A DNA stretch of 64,000 nucleotides from a virus: positions 1 to 64,000 of IMG/VR virus record IMGVR_UViG_3300010430_000022. The stretch is one strand, 5' to 3'. The translations under genes were made by a program, and so were the position numbers. How positions within the stretch are numbered: the first letter of the stretch is position 1; every line of letters begins with the position of its first letter. The notes below the pieces were generated by a model. It was not told the origin of the DNA, searched no databases, and saw nothing but the letters and a program-made list of their open reading frames with translations. Shown here in pieces: positions 43,891 through 53,402 of the stretch.

Positions 43891-46473
43891 ATGGCGCAGG
43901 GATTCGACGAAATTCTCGGCCTTTACCAGGCATCCGTGAGGAAGAGCCCTGCCTTGATGATGGAGACGATCAACGTCGATTCCAATCGTGGTGTCACATC
44001 GCGCGGCAACTCTCCATACGACAAGTATGCGTCCCCTGCGACTCGGGCTAAAGTCCTTGAGTCTCGGATGCAGGAGATCGAGGCTTTTGCGCGCAGCCGC
44101 AGTCTCTCTGCGTCAGCTATCTACGCTCTTGCGGAAGCCGCGATGCGCACTGGAAAGATCCCTGATCTCGGTCAGTTCGGTCTGGCTGGTGACGACGCGG
44201 TCGCAACCAAGCAGTTCCTCATCTCCAACGTCCTGAACATCGCTGGTCTGGAATGGACTGACTACAAGGGCGATCCGGTTGTCGAGGACGACGAAGAGCC
44301 TGAGCACCACGGCGCGCACGTCGTGGGCGATGAGCCGATGCGCATAGCCCAGGAGCAGGAGCCTCCTAAGAAGCGTCGGCGCCCGAAGACTACTGCTGGC
44401 GGCTACCAGATGGCCGACACAAGCAATGATCCTGCACGATTCATGGCTGAGGGCGCCGAGGGTATGCAGTCCAGTGGACAGAAGCTCGGCTCCCACTGGG
44501 CGAAGCACACTCCAAATCGCGTCGGATCAGCAGGCGCCAAGCGTGAGCGCCGGGCTGCCCACAAGGCAGGACGTCGTGCCGGGCAGGCTGACGCCGAGCA
44601 GGGCATGTCTGACTACGAGCAGGATAAGGAGGAGCGCGAGGAGCATCTTGAAGTCGATCCGACTCGCTTCATGGCTGAGGCTCCCGAGGACTACTGGCAG
44701 CGCTCTCGCACAGATCGCAAGAAGTCACAGGCCAACTACGACGAGCGCGTGAAGCGCCGCGCTTCTCAGTTGGGGGGCACCGGCGAAACCGGCTCTCCTG
44801 AGGTTCAGGAACAGAAGGCCAAGTCGAGGGCTGCTACCGCTGCGCGCGAAGCTGCGAAGGCTGCAAAGGCGAAGAAGTTCGGTATCGACCGGAAGCCCAA
44901 GATGGATAGCGTCGAATTCGATCCCATGACCTTCATGGGTGAGGGTGTGAAGCCAAAGCCGCAGGCCGGCTTCACCGAGAAGCAGGTCCGCAAGTTCACC
45001 GGCAGGAACCGCAAGGGTGCGCGCCGTCGCGAAGTTGGCGATGGTTACGGCCGATACGGTCGCCCGGTTGCTGGTGGCGGTCGCGGAAAGAAGGGCGTCC
45101 AAGGTGGCTGGGGACCAACCGACGAGCGGAAGGAGCCTCAAGACGTTGACGTTCAGGCTGACTCTGTTTTTGTCGATCCCTCCCGCTTCATGGCTGAAGG
45201 AGATGATCCCTACGACCGAATCGTGACCGCTGCTGGACATAGACGGCGGCCACACGAGCTTCAAGGCGAGGAGTTGAAGCGCGCCAAGGCAGAGAGTCAG
45301 CGTCGTCGTGAGTCTCCCGAACGTCGGGAGCAGGTGAAGCAGTGGAAGAAGTCTCGTAAGGATCGAGAGTCCCGCAAGGCGGCACGAGCAAAGGAAATGG
45401 GCGTCGAGCGCAAGCCGCAGATGAACAGTCTTGAGTTCGATCCCTTTCAGTTCATGGCTGAGGAGAAGGACACTGTCGGTGGACCTTCGAACGCGACCCT
45501 CTCGCCCAACCGCATGTCCGATGGTGGCGACACGCCCCACAAGCTCCAGGACTACGAGCGGAATGACCTTCTCTCGAAAGAGGTCATGGCGAAGCTGAGG
45601 AAGATTGCCGGAGACGGCGTCTACGGCTACTCCCGTGAGGATCTCTTCCGGCTCGCCCGCGAGCGCGGTCTGCTCGGGACCGAGGAGGCTGTCGAAGAGG
45701 CCGCCCATCTTGGTGCTGCCGGAAACGACCGTAGCGCCGGCAGCGCTGGTCTCGGCAACTACCCCGGCCCCACCACAGTTCCCTGGGAAGAGGACGAGAA
45801 GGAGAAGCGACGTCGGAAGCAGGAAGAAGACGCTCGTTCTGAGGTCGACAAAATCCTTGGGATTGAGCAAGGTGATCCGCGTGGCGACTCCTGGCCCAAG
45901 CTTGGTGGCGAGATGGCTCGCCTCATGGGTGTTCAGGAAAGCGTAGGCACTCCGGTCCATACCTACATGACCCAAGAGGAGGTTGCGGCCGAGGAGAAGG
46001 CTCTTCGCGAGCGTTCTGAGACCGACAAGATCCTTGGGATCATGCCTGGTGACCCCCGTGGCGACGCCTGGCCCAAGCTCGGCGGTGAGATGGCGCGTCT
46101 CATGAATCTGGAGGATCAAGGCGTTTTCCGGGCCCCGCGTGGCATCAACATGGACGAGCCGGCCGAAGATCAGATCGACGAGATGACCACTTCGGGCGGT
46201 CTAGGTGGCTTCATTGGTGGAGGCATGATGGGCGGCGGCATGATGGGCCGCACCTGCGCTATGCCCTCCTACGACGCGTCCTATCAGCTTCCGGAGGATC
46301 CGGACGAGCGCGTCAAGGCCCTCAACAAGCTGCTCAACAAGGGCAAGAAGAAGGGCAAGAAGGTTCAGGAGAGCGAGGAGATCTACGAGCCGGCACCGAA
46401 CTCAACTGAGGTCCCGACTGTTCGTGACGAAGCCTACGACGCTCATCCTTCGCGCTTCATGAAGCGCCGCTAG
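43891..46473 (+). CDS. Putative head polyprotein with periodic DPxxFM[AG]E motifs
   Basis: Five DPxxFM[AG]E motifs at 76-88 aa spacing; duplicated DKILGI..GDPRGD.WPKLGGEMARLM. Confidence 0.7.
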   Translation: MAQGFDEILGLYQASVRKSPALMMETINVDSNRGVTSRGNSPYDKYASPATRAKVLESRMQEIEAFARSRSLSASAIYALAEAAMRTGKIPDLGQFGLAGDDAVATKQFLISNVLNIAGLEWTDYKGDPVVEDDEEPEHHGAHVVGDEPMRIAQEQEPPKKRRRPKTTAGGYQMADTSNDPARFMAEGAEGMQSSGQKLGSHWAKHTPNRVGSAGAKRERRAAHKAGRRAGQADAEQGMSDYEQDKEEREEHLEVDPTRFMAEAPEDYWQRSRTDRKKSQANYDERVKRRASQLGGTGETGSPEVQEQKAKSRAATAAREAAKAAKAKKFGIDRKPKMDSVEFDPMTFMGEGVKPKPQAGFTEKQVRKFTGRNRKGARRREVGDGYGRYGRPVAGGGRGKKGVQGGWGPTDERKEPQDVDVQADSVFVDPSRFMAEGDDPYDRIVTAAGHRRRPHELQGEELKRAKAESQRRRESPERREQVKQWKKSRKDRESRKAARAKEMGVERKPQMNSLEFDPFQFMAEEKDTVGGPSNATLSPNRMSDGGDTPHKLQDYERNDLLSKEVMAKLRKIAGDGVYGYSREDLFRLARERGLLGTEEAVEEAAHLGAAGNDRSAGSAGLGNYPGPTTVPWEEDEKEKRRRKQEEDARSEVDKILGIEQGDPRGDSWPKLGGEMARLMGVQESVGTPVHTYMTQEEVAAEEKALRERSETDKILGIMPGDPRGDAWPKLGGEMARLMNLEDQGVFRAPRGINMDEPAEDQIDEMTTSGGLGGFIGGGMMGGGMMGRTCAMPSYDASYQLPEDPDERVKALNKLLNKGKKKGKKVQESEEIYEPAPNSTEVPTVRDEAYDAHPSRFMKRR

Positions 46474-46481
46474 AGGTCTAC

Positions 46482-46766
46482 GTGACGCTCGAACGCACCA
46501 ACCTCATCATGGAGACCGGCCCCTACGGGGGCGGGGGCGGTGGTCGTTCGGCTGGTGGATTCGCTACGCCTGTTTCGGGCCGGCGGTTCAATACCTGGCC
46601 GTTCGTCCCCAACGCTAAGCTTCTGATGCAGAAGGATCAGGAGGCTCAGCGCCGCCGCGAACGTCTTCGCGAATTGGCGTTAGGATGGTTCATGCACGGT
46701 GGCATGGGGACCGCCGGCTCGACGAACGGTGCGTCTAGTGGCTCAGCCCCAGGATCAATCTTCTAG
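46482..46766 (+). CDS. Small protein with ERTNLIME leader
   Basis: MTLERTNLIME variant of the shared leader; GAGG RBS. Confidence 0.6.
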   Translation: MTLERTNLIMETGPYGGGGGGRSAGGFATPVSGRRFNTWPFVPNAKLLMQKDQEAQRRRERLRELALGWFMHGGMGTAGSTNGASSGSAPGSIF

Positions 46767-46806
46767 CGACAGCACGAAATGGTGCAGGTGCGAACAGCGC
46801 CCACCA

Positions 46807-47007
46807 ATGCCTGGCTCAGATCTTTGCCTCCCGTGCTCAAAGAAAGATCTCGAATCCCCTCAAGAGTGTGGTGCTGAGGGTCCGATAGAGGATCAAAGAG
46901 ATCGCCTTGGGGCTCTACGGGCCCTAGTCTGGTCACTGATACTTAGCTGCCTGGCGTTCGTGCTAGGAATCGGTATCTTCGTGGGCTGGATTATCTGGGG
47001 CAAGTGA
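46807..47007 (+). CDS. Small membrane protein
   Basis: C-terminal hydrophobic helix; start uncertain. Confidence 0.35.
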   Translation: MPGSDLCLPCSKKDLESPQECGAEGPIEDQRDRLGALRALVWSLILSCLAFVLGIGIFVGWIIWGK

Positions 47008-47041
47008 AGCGACAGCCCGCGGGGCGAGGTGAGGTGAAATC

Positions 47042-47593
47042 GTGGCCAAAAACATGGCTGATCTAGGGTGCAAGTCGACTATCTACATCACACCACCGAA
47101 GATTGCGGACCCGGTACGGTCCTACTTTGCTTCGGGTGTGATTCCGCTCGATCCGGCGACGGAACCGAACAACCCGTTGAAGGCAACGAACTTCTGCACG
47201 GGCCCTGGCTCGAATGGTGGCTCTCTTGGAGATGGGCTTACCGTCTCTTGGTCAGACCACGGTGGCGTCTTCGTCAATCCTCCCTACGGCAAAGGCATGA
47301 AGGATTGGTGCGCCAAGATCCACGAGGAGACGGTCGCCGGAACTGAGATTCTGGCCCTCCTTCCCTGCGGTGCTCGGTTCGCCACCAAGTATTGGCAAGA
47401 CCACATCTTCAATTCCGGACTGGACGTCACACTGTTCGTGCGTGGACGGGTACAGTTCCTTCGTCCGGACGGCTCGGGGACGCAGGGCTCAAACCCCTAC
47501 GACTCGCAACTGCTTGGGTTCAATGTGGACATCGACAAGTTCGTCAAGTGCTTCGGCCACCTTGGGTCGGTCGTGAAGATGGAAGTTGCATGA
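47042..47593 (+). CDS. Phage DNA N6-adenine methyltransferase (Dam-like family)
   Basis: TP..I, LDPAT, DGL..SW, VFVNPPYG, RGRVQF. Confidence 0.85.
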   Translation: MAKNMADLGCKSTIYITPPKIADPVRSYFASGVIPLDPATEPNNPLKATNFCTGPGSNGGSLGDGLTVSWSDHGGVFVNPPYGKGMKDWCAKIHEETVAGTEILALLPCGARFATKYWQDHIFNSGLDVTLFVRGRVQFLRPDGSGTQGSNPYDSQLLGFNVDIDKFVKCFGHLGSVVKMEVA

Positions 47594-47853
47594 GCGGATT
47601 CCAGATCGGTGTTCTGATCTGGCTCGTCTTTCTCACTATCCGGAGCTTCACGGCGCAGGCCAGAACCGCGAAGGTCGTTGACCTACTGGTGGAGATGGAC
47701 GTTCTGAAGCGCGTTGAGACGCCGACGAAGAAGACTAGCTCTACGACGACTTATGTGCCGCCAGACCGATCTGATCCCGACAACAACCCGTTCCTGAAGG
47801 CGGGAATCGAAGCAATCAGGCAGAGCAAGAAGAAAGGCAGCCAGGATGGGTGA
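47590..47853 (+). CDS. Small membrane-anchored protein
   Basis: ATGA coupling; N-terminal hydrophobic helix FQIGVLIWLVFLTI. Confidence 0.55.
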   Translation: MSGFQIGVLIWLVFLTIRSFTAQARTAKVVDLLVEMDVLKRVETPTKKTSSTTTYVPPDRSDPDNNPFLKAGIEAIRQSKKKGSQDG

Positions 47854-48658
47854 GCAGCCGAACAAGATCCTGTTCCTGATCGGAGGGAACGCGGGCCACG
47901 GGAAGGACACCTTCGCGGACTACTTGAAGGAGGTCACAACACTCTGGACGGGGACCTACTCAACCGCCTACGCCTATGGGATCAAGAAGATCGTTCACGA
48001 GACCTACGGAACCCCGTGGGAGATCCTGAACGGGAACAAGGACGTCAAGGAGTCCTCCTTCATCTATCTGGGGGGCCAGAAGACCGAAGTCACGGTTCGT
48101 CGTGCGCTCCAGAACATCGGCCAGTTCCACAGGGAGACTTTCGGTCCGACCTGCTGGGCAGCCGCGACGCTTACGCGCTGCAAGCAGTCCAACGAGCGTG
48201 TCTGCATCGTGACCGATGCCCGTCACCCAGCCGAAGAGATCCACTGGATCGGCGACGAGGCGGCCTCGGCTGGCTTCGTGGTGGTCCCAGTGAAGATTCG
48301 TAGGGAATCGGTCCCGGTCAACCCAGACCACCCCTCAGAGAGCCTCATTCTGGCTGAGCCGGATGGCTCCTTCTCGTTCATCATCAAGAACGACAGCACG
48401 CTGGAGGATCTGCGGCGCGCTGCTGAGCAAGTCGCCTGCGCTGCTGTGCTTCTCCAGAAAGCTGGTAAGAAGAAGCTCCCTGGGAAGCTCATGGCCTTCG
48501 GAGTCCGCGCTGAGCCGGGACACATGCCCTACGAGCCTACGCTCTCTGCTGAGAGCGCCGACCTGCTCGCCAACAGGATGACGGATGAGACTGGGATACA
48601 CCACACGGCCGAGCTACTCAAGTTCGACCTCCTGACGGGGGTTGCGAGTGGTCACTAG
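47846..48658 (+). CDS. Deoxynucleoside monophosphate kinase
   Basis: P-loop GNAGHGKDT, RRALQNIG, IVTDAR, HPSE, NDSTLEDL. Confidence 0.85.
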   Translation: MGEQPNKILFLIGGNAGHGKDTFADYLKEVTTLWTGTYSTAYAYGIKKIVHETYGTPWEILNGNKDVKESSFIYLGGQKTEVTVRRALQNIGQFHRETFGPTCWAAATLTRCKQSNERVCIVTDARHPAEEIHWIGDEAASAGFVVVPVKIRRESVPVNPDHPSESLILAEPDGSFSFIIKNDSTLEDLRRAAEQVACAAVLLQKAGKKKLPGKLMAFGVRAEPGHMPYEPTLSAESADLLANRMTDETGIHHTAELLKFDLLTGVASGH

Positions 48659-48702
48659 AACTCAGCCGCACCCCGCGGGCTCCTCTTCCAAGGACAGAAC
48701 CA

Positions 48703-49563
48703 ATGTTTGATCGCTTCACCGACCGCGCACGCAAGGTCATGGGCTTGGCTCGTACCGAGGCTCAGACGTTCAACCACCAGTACATCGGGACCGAGCACAT
48801 CCTGCTTGGTCTGATCGAAGAGGGCTCTGGGATCGCTGCCAACGTGCTTCGCAATCTCGATGTCGGGTCGCTGGTAGTGCGTCACGAAGTCGAGAAGATG
48901 CTCCAGGATGGCCCGACCATGGTCACTATGGGTCAGCTTCCGTTCACTCCGCGTGCAAAGCGACTGCTGGAGCTAGCTGGCGGTGCAGCGAACGAAATGC
49001 ACCACGGCTACATCGGCACTGAGCACCTTCTCCTAGGAGTCCTTCTCGAAGACGAAGGCACAGCCGCTAAGGCGCTGAAGAACCTCGGGCTGAACTCGGA
49101 CAACGTTCGCGCCGAGGTCATGGAGTTGCTCGGCCCCCTGGCAAACAGGCCCATTACGGAGGCGACGACTAACGATGTAGGGTTCGACGACTACCAAGCG
49201 TTCACGCGCACGACCGCCGTCTACCCCGGCTGCGACGAGCAGGGCTTCCACAGCGCCTCTTACTGCACCTTCGGCCTTACCGGCGAGGCCGGCGAGGTCG
49301 CCGAGAAGATGAAGAAGCGCTACCGCCTGGGCGGCCCCAATGCTTTCCTTCCCGGCTCGGTTGTGGACTACAAGGGCAACCCTGAGACCTACGAGGAGTT
49401 CGTGGAGGGCGTTAAGAAGGAACTCGGAGACGTGCTTTGGTACGTCGCGGGCCTCGCTGCTGAACTCGGAATCTCGCTCTCTGACGTTGCTGACGCCAAC
49501 ATCGTGAAGCTCTCGTCGCGCAAAGAACGCGGTGTGCTCAAGGGCAAGGGCGACGATAGGTAA
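48703..49563 (+). CDS. Fusion of ClpC-type N-terminal (Clp_N) domain and MazG-like nucleotide pyrophosphohydrolase
   Basis: MFDRFTDRARKV...YIGTEHILLGL...PFTPRAK...YIGTEHLLLG, then FDDYQ...GLTGEAGEVAEKMKK...KELGDVLWY...NIVKL..R. Confidence 0.9.
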   Translation: MFDRFTDRARKVMGLARTEAQTFNHQYIGTEHILLGLIEEGSGIAANVLRNLDVGSLVVRHEVEKMLQDGPTMVTMGQLPFTPRAKRLLELAGGAANEMHHGYIGTEHLLLGVLLEDEGTAAKALKNLGLNSDNVRAEVMELLGPLANRPITEATTNDVGFDDYQAFTRTTAVYPGCDEQGFHSASYCTFGLTGEAGEVAEKMKKRYRLGGPNAFLPGSVVDYKGNPETYEEFVEGVKKELGDVLWYVAGLAAELGISLSDVADANIVKLSSRKERGVLKGKGDDR

Positions 49564-49894
49564 CCGCGCGCTCACGCGCCGTGTCTGTCAAGTCCTAAGA
49601 CCGAATAATCGGTAAGTCTCGGTCTATTCGTTGCATTCGACCGCTACTGCAAGACCTACGTCGTGTCACACGAATAGGTCTCGCAGTCCCCGAGCGCGAT
49701 GCGCTATGGTGGCTAACCTGGGTCGCACAGACGAAGCCTCGAATGGTATGTAACGTCTACTGGTCCAGTAAAAGAAACACGAGTTGTTGGGCGCGAGGTG
49801 AGCAGGGGCTTGGGACGTATTACGGCTGAACGCCGATACCCCACAGACCTCTCTCCGGTGAATACGTACCCACAGCTTACAAGGAGGTAACTAC

Positions 49895-52339
49895 GTGGCA
49901 GGCTCCGCTACCCGCTCGGCATCTGACGATCTTTCCAAGTCCATTGCGTTCTTCAGTGGCGCTGAGATGCCTGCTCGGGTGTGGAATCGAAAGTACCGGT
50001 TGCGCGACAAGGTCGACAACTACCTGGAGGAGTCGCCCCTTCAGACCTTCTGCCGCATGGCCGACGCCGTTCACGCCCCGACCGACTCGTCGATGCGGCA
50101 GAACCTCGTCGAGAGGCGCTTCATTCCCGCCGGCCGGATCCTCTTCGCCCTCGGAAACCCCTACTTCAGCGCAACCCTAAAGAACTGCTATGTACTGGGC
50201 CTGGAGGGAGACTCGTTGGAGTCAATCTCCGAGCTTCGTGGGCAGATGGCACGCACTTACGCCATGGGCGGGGGTGTCGGGATCGATCTCTCGGCTCTGC
50301 GTCCTGCTGGCGCTCCTGTGAAGAACTGCGCAATCACGTCCTCGGGCGCTGCGAGCTTCGCTGACGGCTTCTCGCACCTGACAGGTGAGATTGGTCAGAA
50401 TGGTCGTCGCGGCGCGCTCATGATCTCTCTGAGCGTCGACCACCCCGACATTCAGCGCTTCGTGCAGGCCAAGAACGACTTCAACCACGACCTCGCGACC
50501 AAGATCCGTGAGAAGCTCCCCCGCAAGCTATACAAGCAACTGAACGAAGAGGTCATCGAGCCTCGTCGTGCGTGCGGTAACGCCAACATGAGCGTTCGCA
50601 TCACCGACCGCTTCATGAAGGCTGTGAAGGACGGCAAGCACCACATCACGCGCTTCATCATGGACGACGGGCAGGAGATCACCGAGGTCTTCGACGCCAA
50701 GAAGCTGTTCCGTGACATCGTAATGGGTGCTTGGAGCCACGGCTGCCCTGGCTGCCTGTTCTGGGACACCATGGCGCGCGAGGACAACCGCAATTACCTC
50801 GCACCTAGGTGGCACATTGTTACCACCAACCCATGCGGAGAGCAGCCTCTCAGCGATGGCGGGTCGTGCAACCTCGGAGCGGTCAATCTCGCTCGGTTCA
50901 CCAAGCACCCTTACACAGACCGTGCTGAGTTCGACTGGGATGGCTTCAAGCAAGCGATCCGTGACGGTGTTTGCTTCCTCGATGAGGTCAACACTATCGA
51001 ACTCGAAGAAAACCGCGCTCCGATCTCGAAGCAGGCCGAGGTCACCGAAGGTCTGCGCCAGGTCGGGCTGGGTGTCATGGGCTATGGCGATCTGTTGCTT
51101 CAGCACCAGATCAAGTACGGCTCGGACGAGGCGCTGGCCTTCACCGACAAGCTGTTCCGCTGCCTCCGCGACACGGCCTATCACGAATCGATCATGCTCG
51201 CGAAGGAGAAGGGTCCGTTCCCTGCCTTCAACTGGGAGCAGATCAAGCGCTCGCCGTTCATCGACCGTCTGCCTGGTGAACTGAAGAAGCTGATGGCGAA
51301 GCACGGTCTTCGCAACAGCAACGTCCTGAGCATCGCACCCACTGGCACTATCGCCATCATGGGTGAGACCACTGGTGGGATCGAGCCGGAGTTCGCTTAC
51401 CAACTTACCCGTGCGGCTCAACTCGGTACCGGCAAGCGGACCAAGTTCACCTTCCTCACGCCTACCGCACAGCGGATCGCCAAGGCGCTCGGTAAGAGCG
51501 TGCCTCAGGGTGAGATCGAAGGCGCGGTCGACATGTCGTGGCTGCCCGAGTGGGCCGTGGCTAGTCACCAGATCGATCCCAAGCGTCGAGTTCTGGTGCA
51601 AGGCACCATTCAGCAGTACATCGACACGGCGATCTCGTCGACGGTGAACCTGCCGGAGACGGCCACAGTCGAGGACGTGATGGACATCTACTGGACTGCT
51701 TACGAGGCAGGCTGCAAGGGTGTCACCGTCTACCGTGAAGGGTCGCGTGAGGGCATTCTTCAGACGCTCCAAGAAGCAGAGCGCCTTGAGTATCCCATCG
51801 AGCCTCCGCTCCAGATCAAGTCCAAGCGGCTGTCGTTCAAGGGGCAGAACGGACTTCAGCGCATCCTCATCAACGTAGGCGACTACCGTCCTGGTGTGCC
51901 ATGCGAGGTCTCGGTCATCCACGGCAAGTCCGGAACTGAGGTCGCGTCCTACGCGTCTGCACTCGGGATCGTCATCTCCATCGCTCTCCAGAACGGCGTC
52001 CACCCGATCAAGCTCGCTCGGGCGATGGAAGGCATCAGCGCTGGCTGGGCAACACGTCTTCCTCTTGACGGCAAGGGCAACAAGCCCACGACCGTTCAGA
52101 GCGTGCCCGACAGCGTGGCTGCCGCGCTGCGGAAGTTCTACGGCAACGGGATCTACGAGAAGGGCCTCGCCGGCAAGCCGATCAACGGCGAGACCAACAA
52201 GACCGGCTGGGAACTCACGGCTGAGGAGCGCAACCGGGCTCAGAACTGCCCGAAGTGCGGCAAGCAGACCTACATTCCAGACTCCTCATGCTGGAAGTGC
52301 ATCAATCCGGCCTGCGACGTCGATGGGATCTGTGGCTAA
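49895..52339 (+). CDS. nrdJ: Ribonucleotide reductase, class II (adenosylcobalamin-dependent) type
   Basis: PAGRIL, NCYV, GGGVGID, TNPCGEQPL, SIAPTGT, KGVTVYR; TSCPD-like domain and C-terminal Cys cluster; no beta-subunit gene adjacent. Confidence 0.88.
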   Translation: MAGSATRSASDDLSKSIAFFSGAEMPARVWNRKYRLRDKVDNYLEESPLQTFCRMADAVHAPTDSSMRQNLVERRFIPAGRILFALGNPYFSATLKNCYVLGLEGDSLESISELRGQMARTYAMGGGVGIDLSALRPAGAPVKNCAITSSGAASFADGFSHLTGEIGQNGRRGALMISLSVDHPDIQRFVQAKNDFNHDLATKIREKLPRKLYKQLNEEVIEPRRACGNANMSVRITDRFMKAVKDGKHHITRFIMDDGQEITEVFDAKKLFRDIVMGAWSHGCPGCLFWDTMAREDNRNYLAPRWHIVTTNPCGEQPLSDGGSCNLGAVNLARFTKHPYTDRAEFDWDGFKQAIRDGVCFLDEVNTIELEENRAPISKQAEVTEGLRQVGLGVMGYGDLLLQHQIKYGSDEALAFTDKLFRCLRDTAYHESIMLAKEKGPFPAFNWEQIKRSPFIDRLPGELKKLMAKHGLRNSNVLSIAPTGTIAIMGETTGGIEPEFAYQLTRAAQLGTGKRTKFTFLTPTAQRIAKALGKSVPQGEIEGAVDMSWLPEWAVASHQIDPKRRVLVQGTIQQYIDTAISSTVNLPETATVEDVMDIYWTAYEAGCKGVTVYREGSREGILQTLQEAERLEYPIEPPLQIKSKRLSFKGQNGLQRILINVGDYRPGVPCEVSVIHGKSGTEVASYASALGIVISIALQNGVHPIKLARAMEGISAGWATRLPLDGKGNKPTTVQSVPDSVAAALRKFYGNGIYEKGLAGKPINGETNKTGWELTAEERNRAQNCPKCGKQTYIPDSSCWKCINPACDVDGICG

Positions 52340-52427
52340 GGGAAGCTAACCCGAGTCAAACAGGTTGGTAACCCAGCCCTCGTGATAGGATCGCCAGATA
52401 CGGTAAGCCTGTTACGAGGGTCGTCTT

Positions 52428-53033
52428 TTGAGGTTTTCATCGCTCCGACTCCTGCCTCTGGCGTTGCTCCTCTTGGTAGGAGTGGCGCTCGCTCAAGGCG
52501 CACCGTCCCCTACCCCACAAGTCCCCGGTAACACGGTTCCGGCTTGGGTCTTCTATTGGGTACTCGGTCTAGTCACCGCAGGAGCCGTAGTCTGGACGGG
52601 CGTCACTAAGATCCTTTGGGATCGAGGTAGCGAGGCCCAGAAGGCGACCATTGCGGCCCAACAAAGGGCTAGTGTTCTCACTGACGAGGAGAAGGGCTGG
52701 CTCCGACAGCTTTACCACTGGCACAAAGCGGTCGACGACGATCAGGTCCCGCTTTGGTATATCCCTCGCTCTTGGCTAGAGCACATCAAGGGACTCAAGG
52801 ACGACCACGCCGCCGTGAAGGGTCTCCTTACCAAGCTCGTCGAGTGGAACGAAGAAATCATCTCTGACCTCCGTGAGCAACTCAAGGAAAGCCGAGGGTT
52901 GCAAGCTCAACAGCAGACAAAGATGTTGAAGCTGGCGGTTCGAGTTCAACGCGCCGTCGAGGCCCTTGCCGGCATGGAGACGCCTCCCGCCATTGAGACG
53001 GATCTCGACGATGACGACGAGGAGACTTCGTGA
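52428..53033 (+). CDS. Membrane protein: signal peptide, TM helix, coiled coil
   Basis: LLPLALLLLVGVALA|Q; WVFYWVLGLVTAGAVVWTGV. Confidence 0.6.
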   Translation: MRFSSLRLLPLALLLLVGVALAQGAPSPTPQVPGNTVPAWVFYWVLGLVTAGAVVWTGVTKILWDRGSEAQKATIAAQQRASVLTDEEKGWLRQLYHWHKAVDDDQVPLWYIPRSWLEHIKGLKDDHAAVKGLLTKLVEWNEEIISDLREQLKESRGLQAQQQTKMLKLAVRVQRAVEALAGMETPPAIETDLDDDDEETS

Positions 53034-53323
53034 CAGCGATGAGACCAGCACCGAAGCCGGTGAGTAGCCAAGAAGTGGAGGAGCCCGTGCTCGACGATGT
53101 CATTCAACGGATCGATCAGTCCCTACCGATCATCCACAAACGGATTGCAGACGGTGAACCCGAGAAGCCTACGACAAGGCTGTCTCGGGAGCAGGCTGTT
53201 CGTGCGCAGGCCGTCTTTCAGGACATGAAGGACAATCCCATCCTCAATGAGGAGGGAGATGACATCTGCCTCAAGAAAAAGAAGAAGAAACGGGTGCGAC
53301 GCGTCAATGGACATTTGGGGTAG
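53030..53323 (+). CDS. Hypothetical protein
   Basis: GTGA coupling, GAGGAG RBS; poly-Lys C-terminus. Confidence 0.5.
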   Translation: MTAMRPAPKPVSSQEVEEPVLDDVIQRIDQSLPIIHKRIADGEPEKPTTRLSREQAVRAQAVFQDMKDNPILNEEGDDICLKKKKKKRVRRVNGHLG

Positions 53324-53402
53324 CACAACCAACCCCGTATGCTCCTGTAAGGTAAAATAAGTGCTTCTCCGCAGGAGAAGAAAGATCGTTAGGTAGTCGT
53401 TC

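Noticed and set aside
44428-45462. CRISPR-like or DGR-like repeat array
   Set aside because: Repeats are conserved as peptides with synonymous variation, and spacers are in-frame 230-260 nt coding segments; no cas or reverse transcriptase gene in the window
48703-48720. MFDRF at the start of ClpN-MazG as a copy of the SMFDRVFTE leader
   Set aside because: It is the normal ClpC N-terminus, so the similarity is probably coincidental
49777-49791. NrdR-box-like ACACGAGTTGTTGGG upstream of the RNR gene
   Set aside because: Mismatches at the central conserved positions and no tandem second box found
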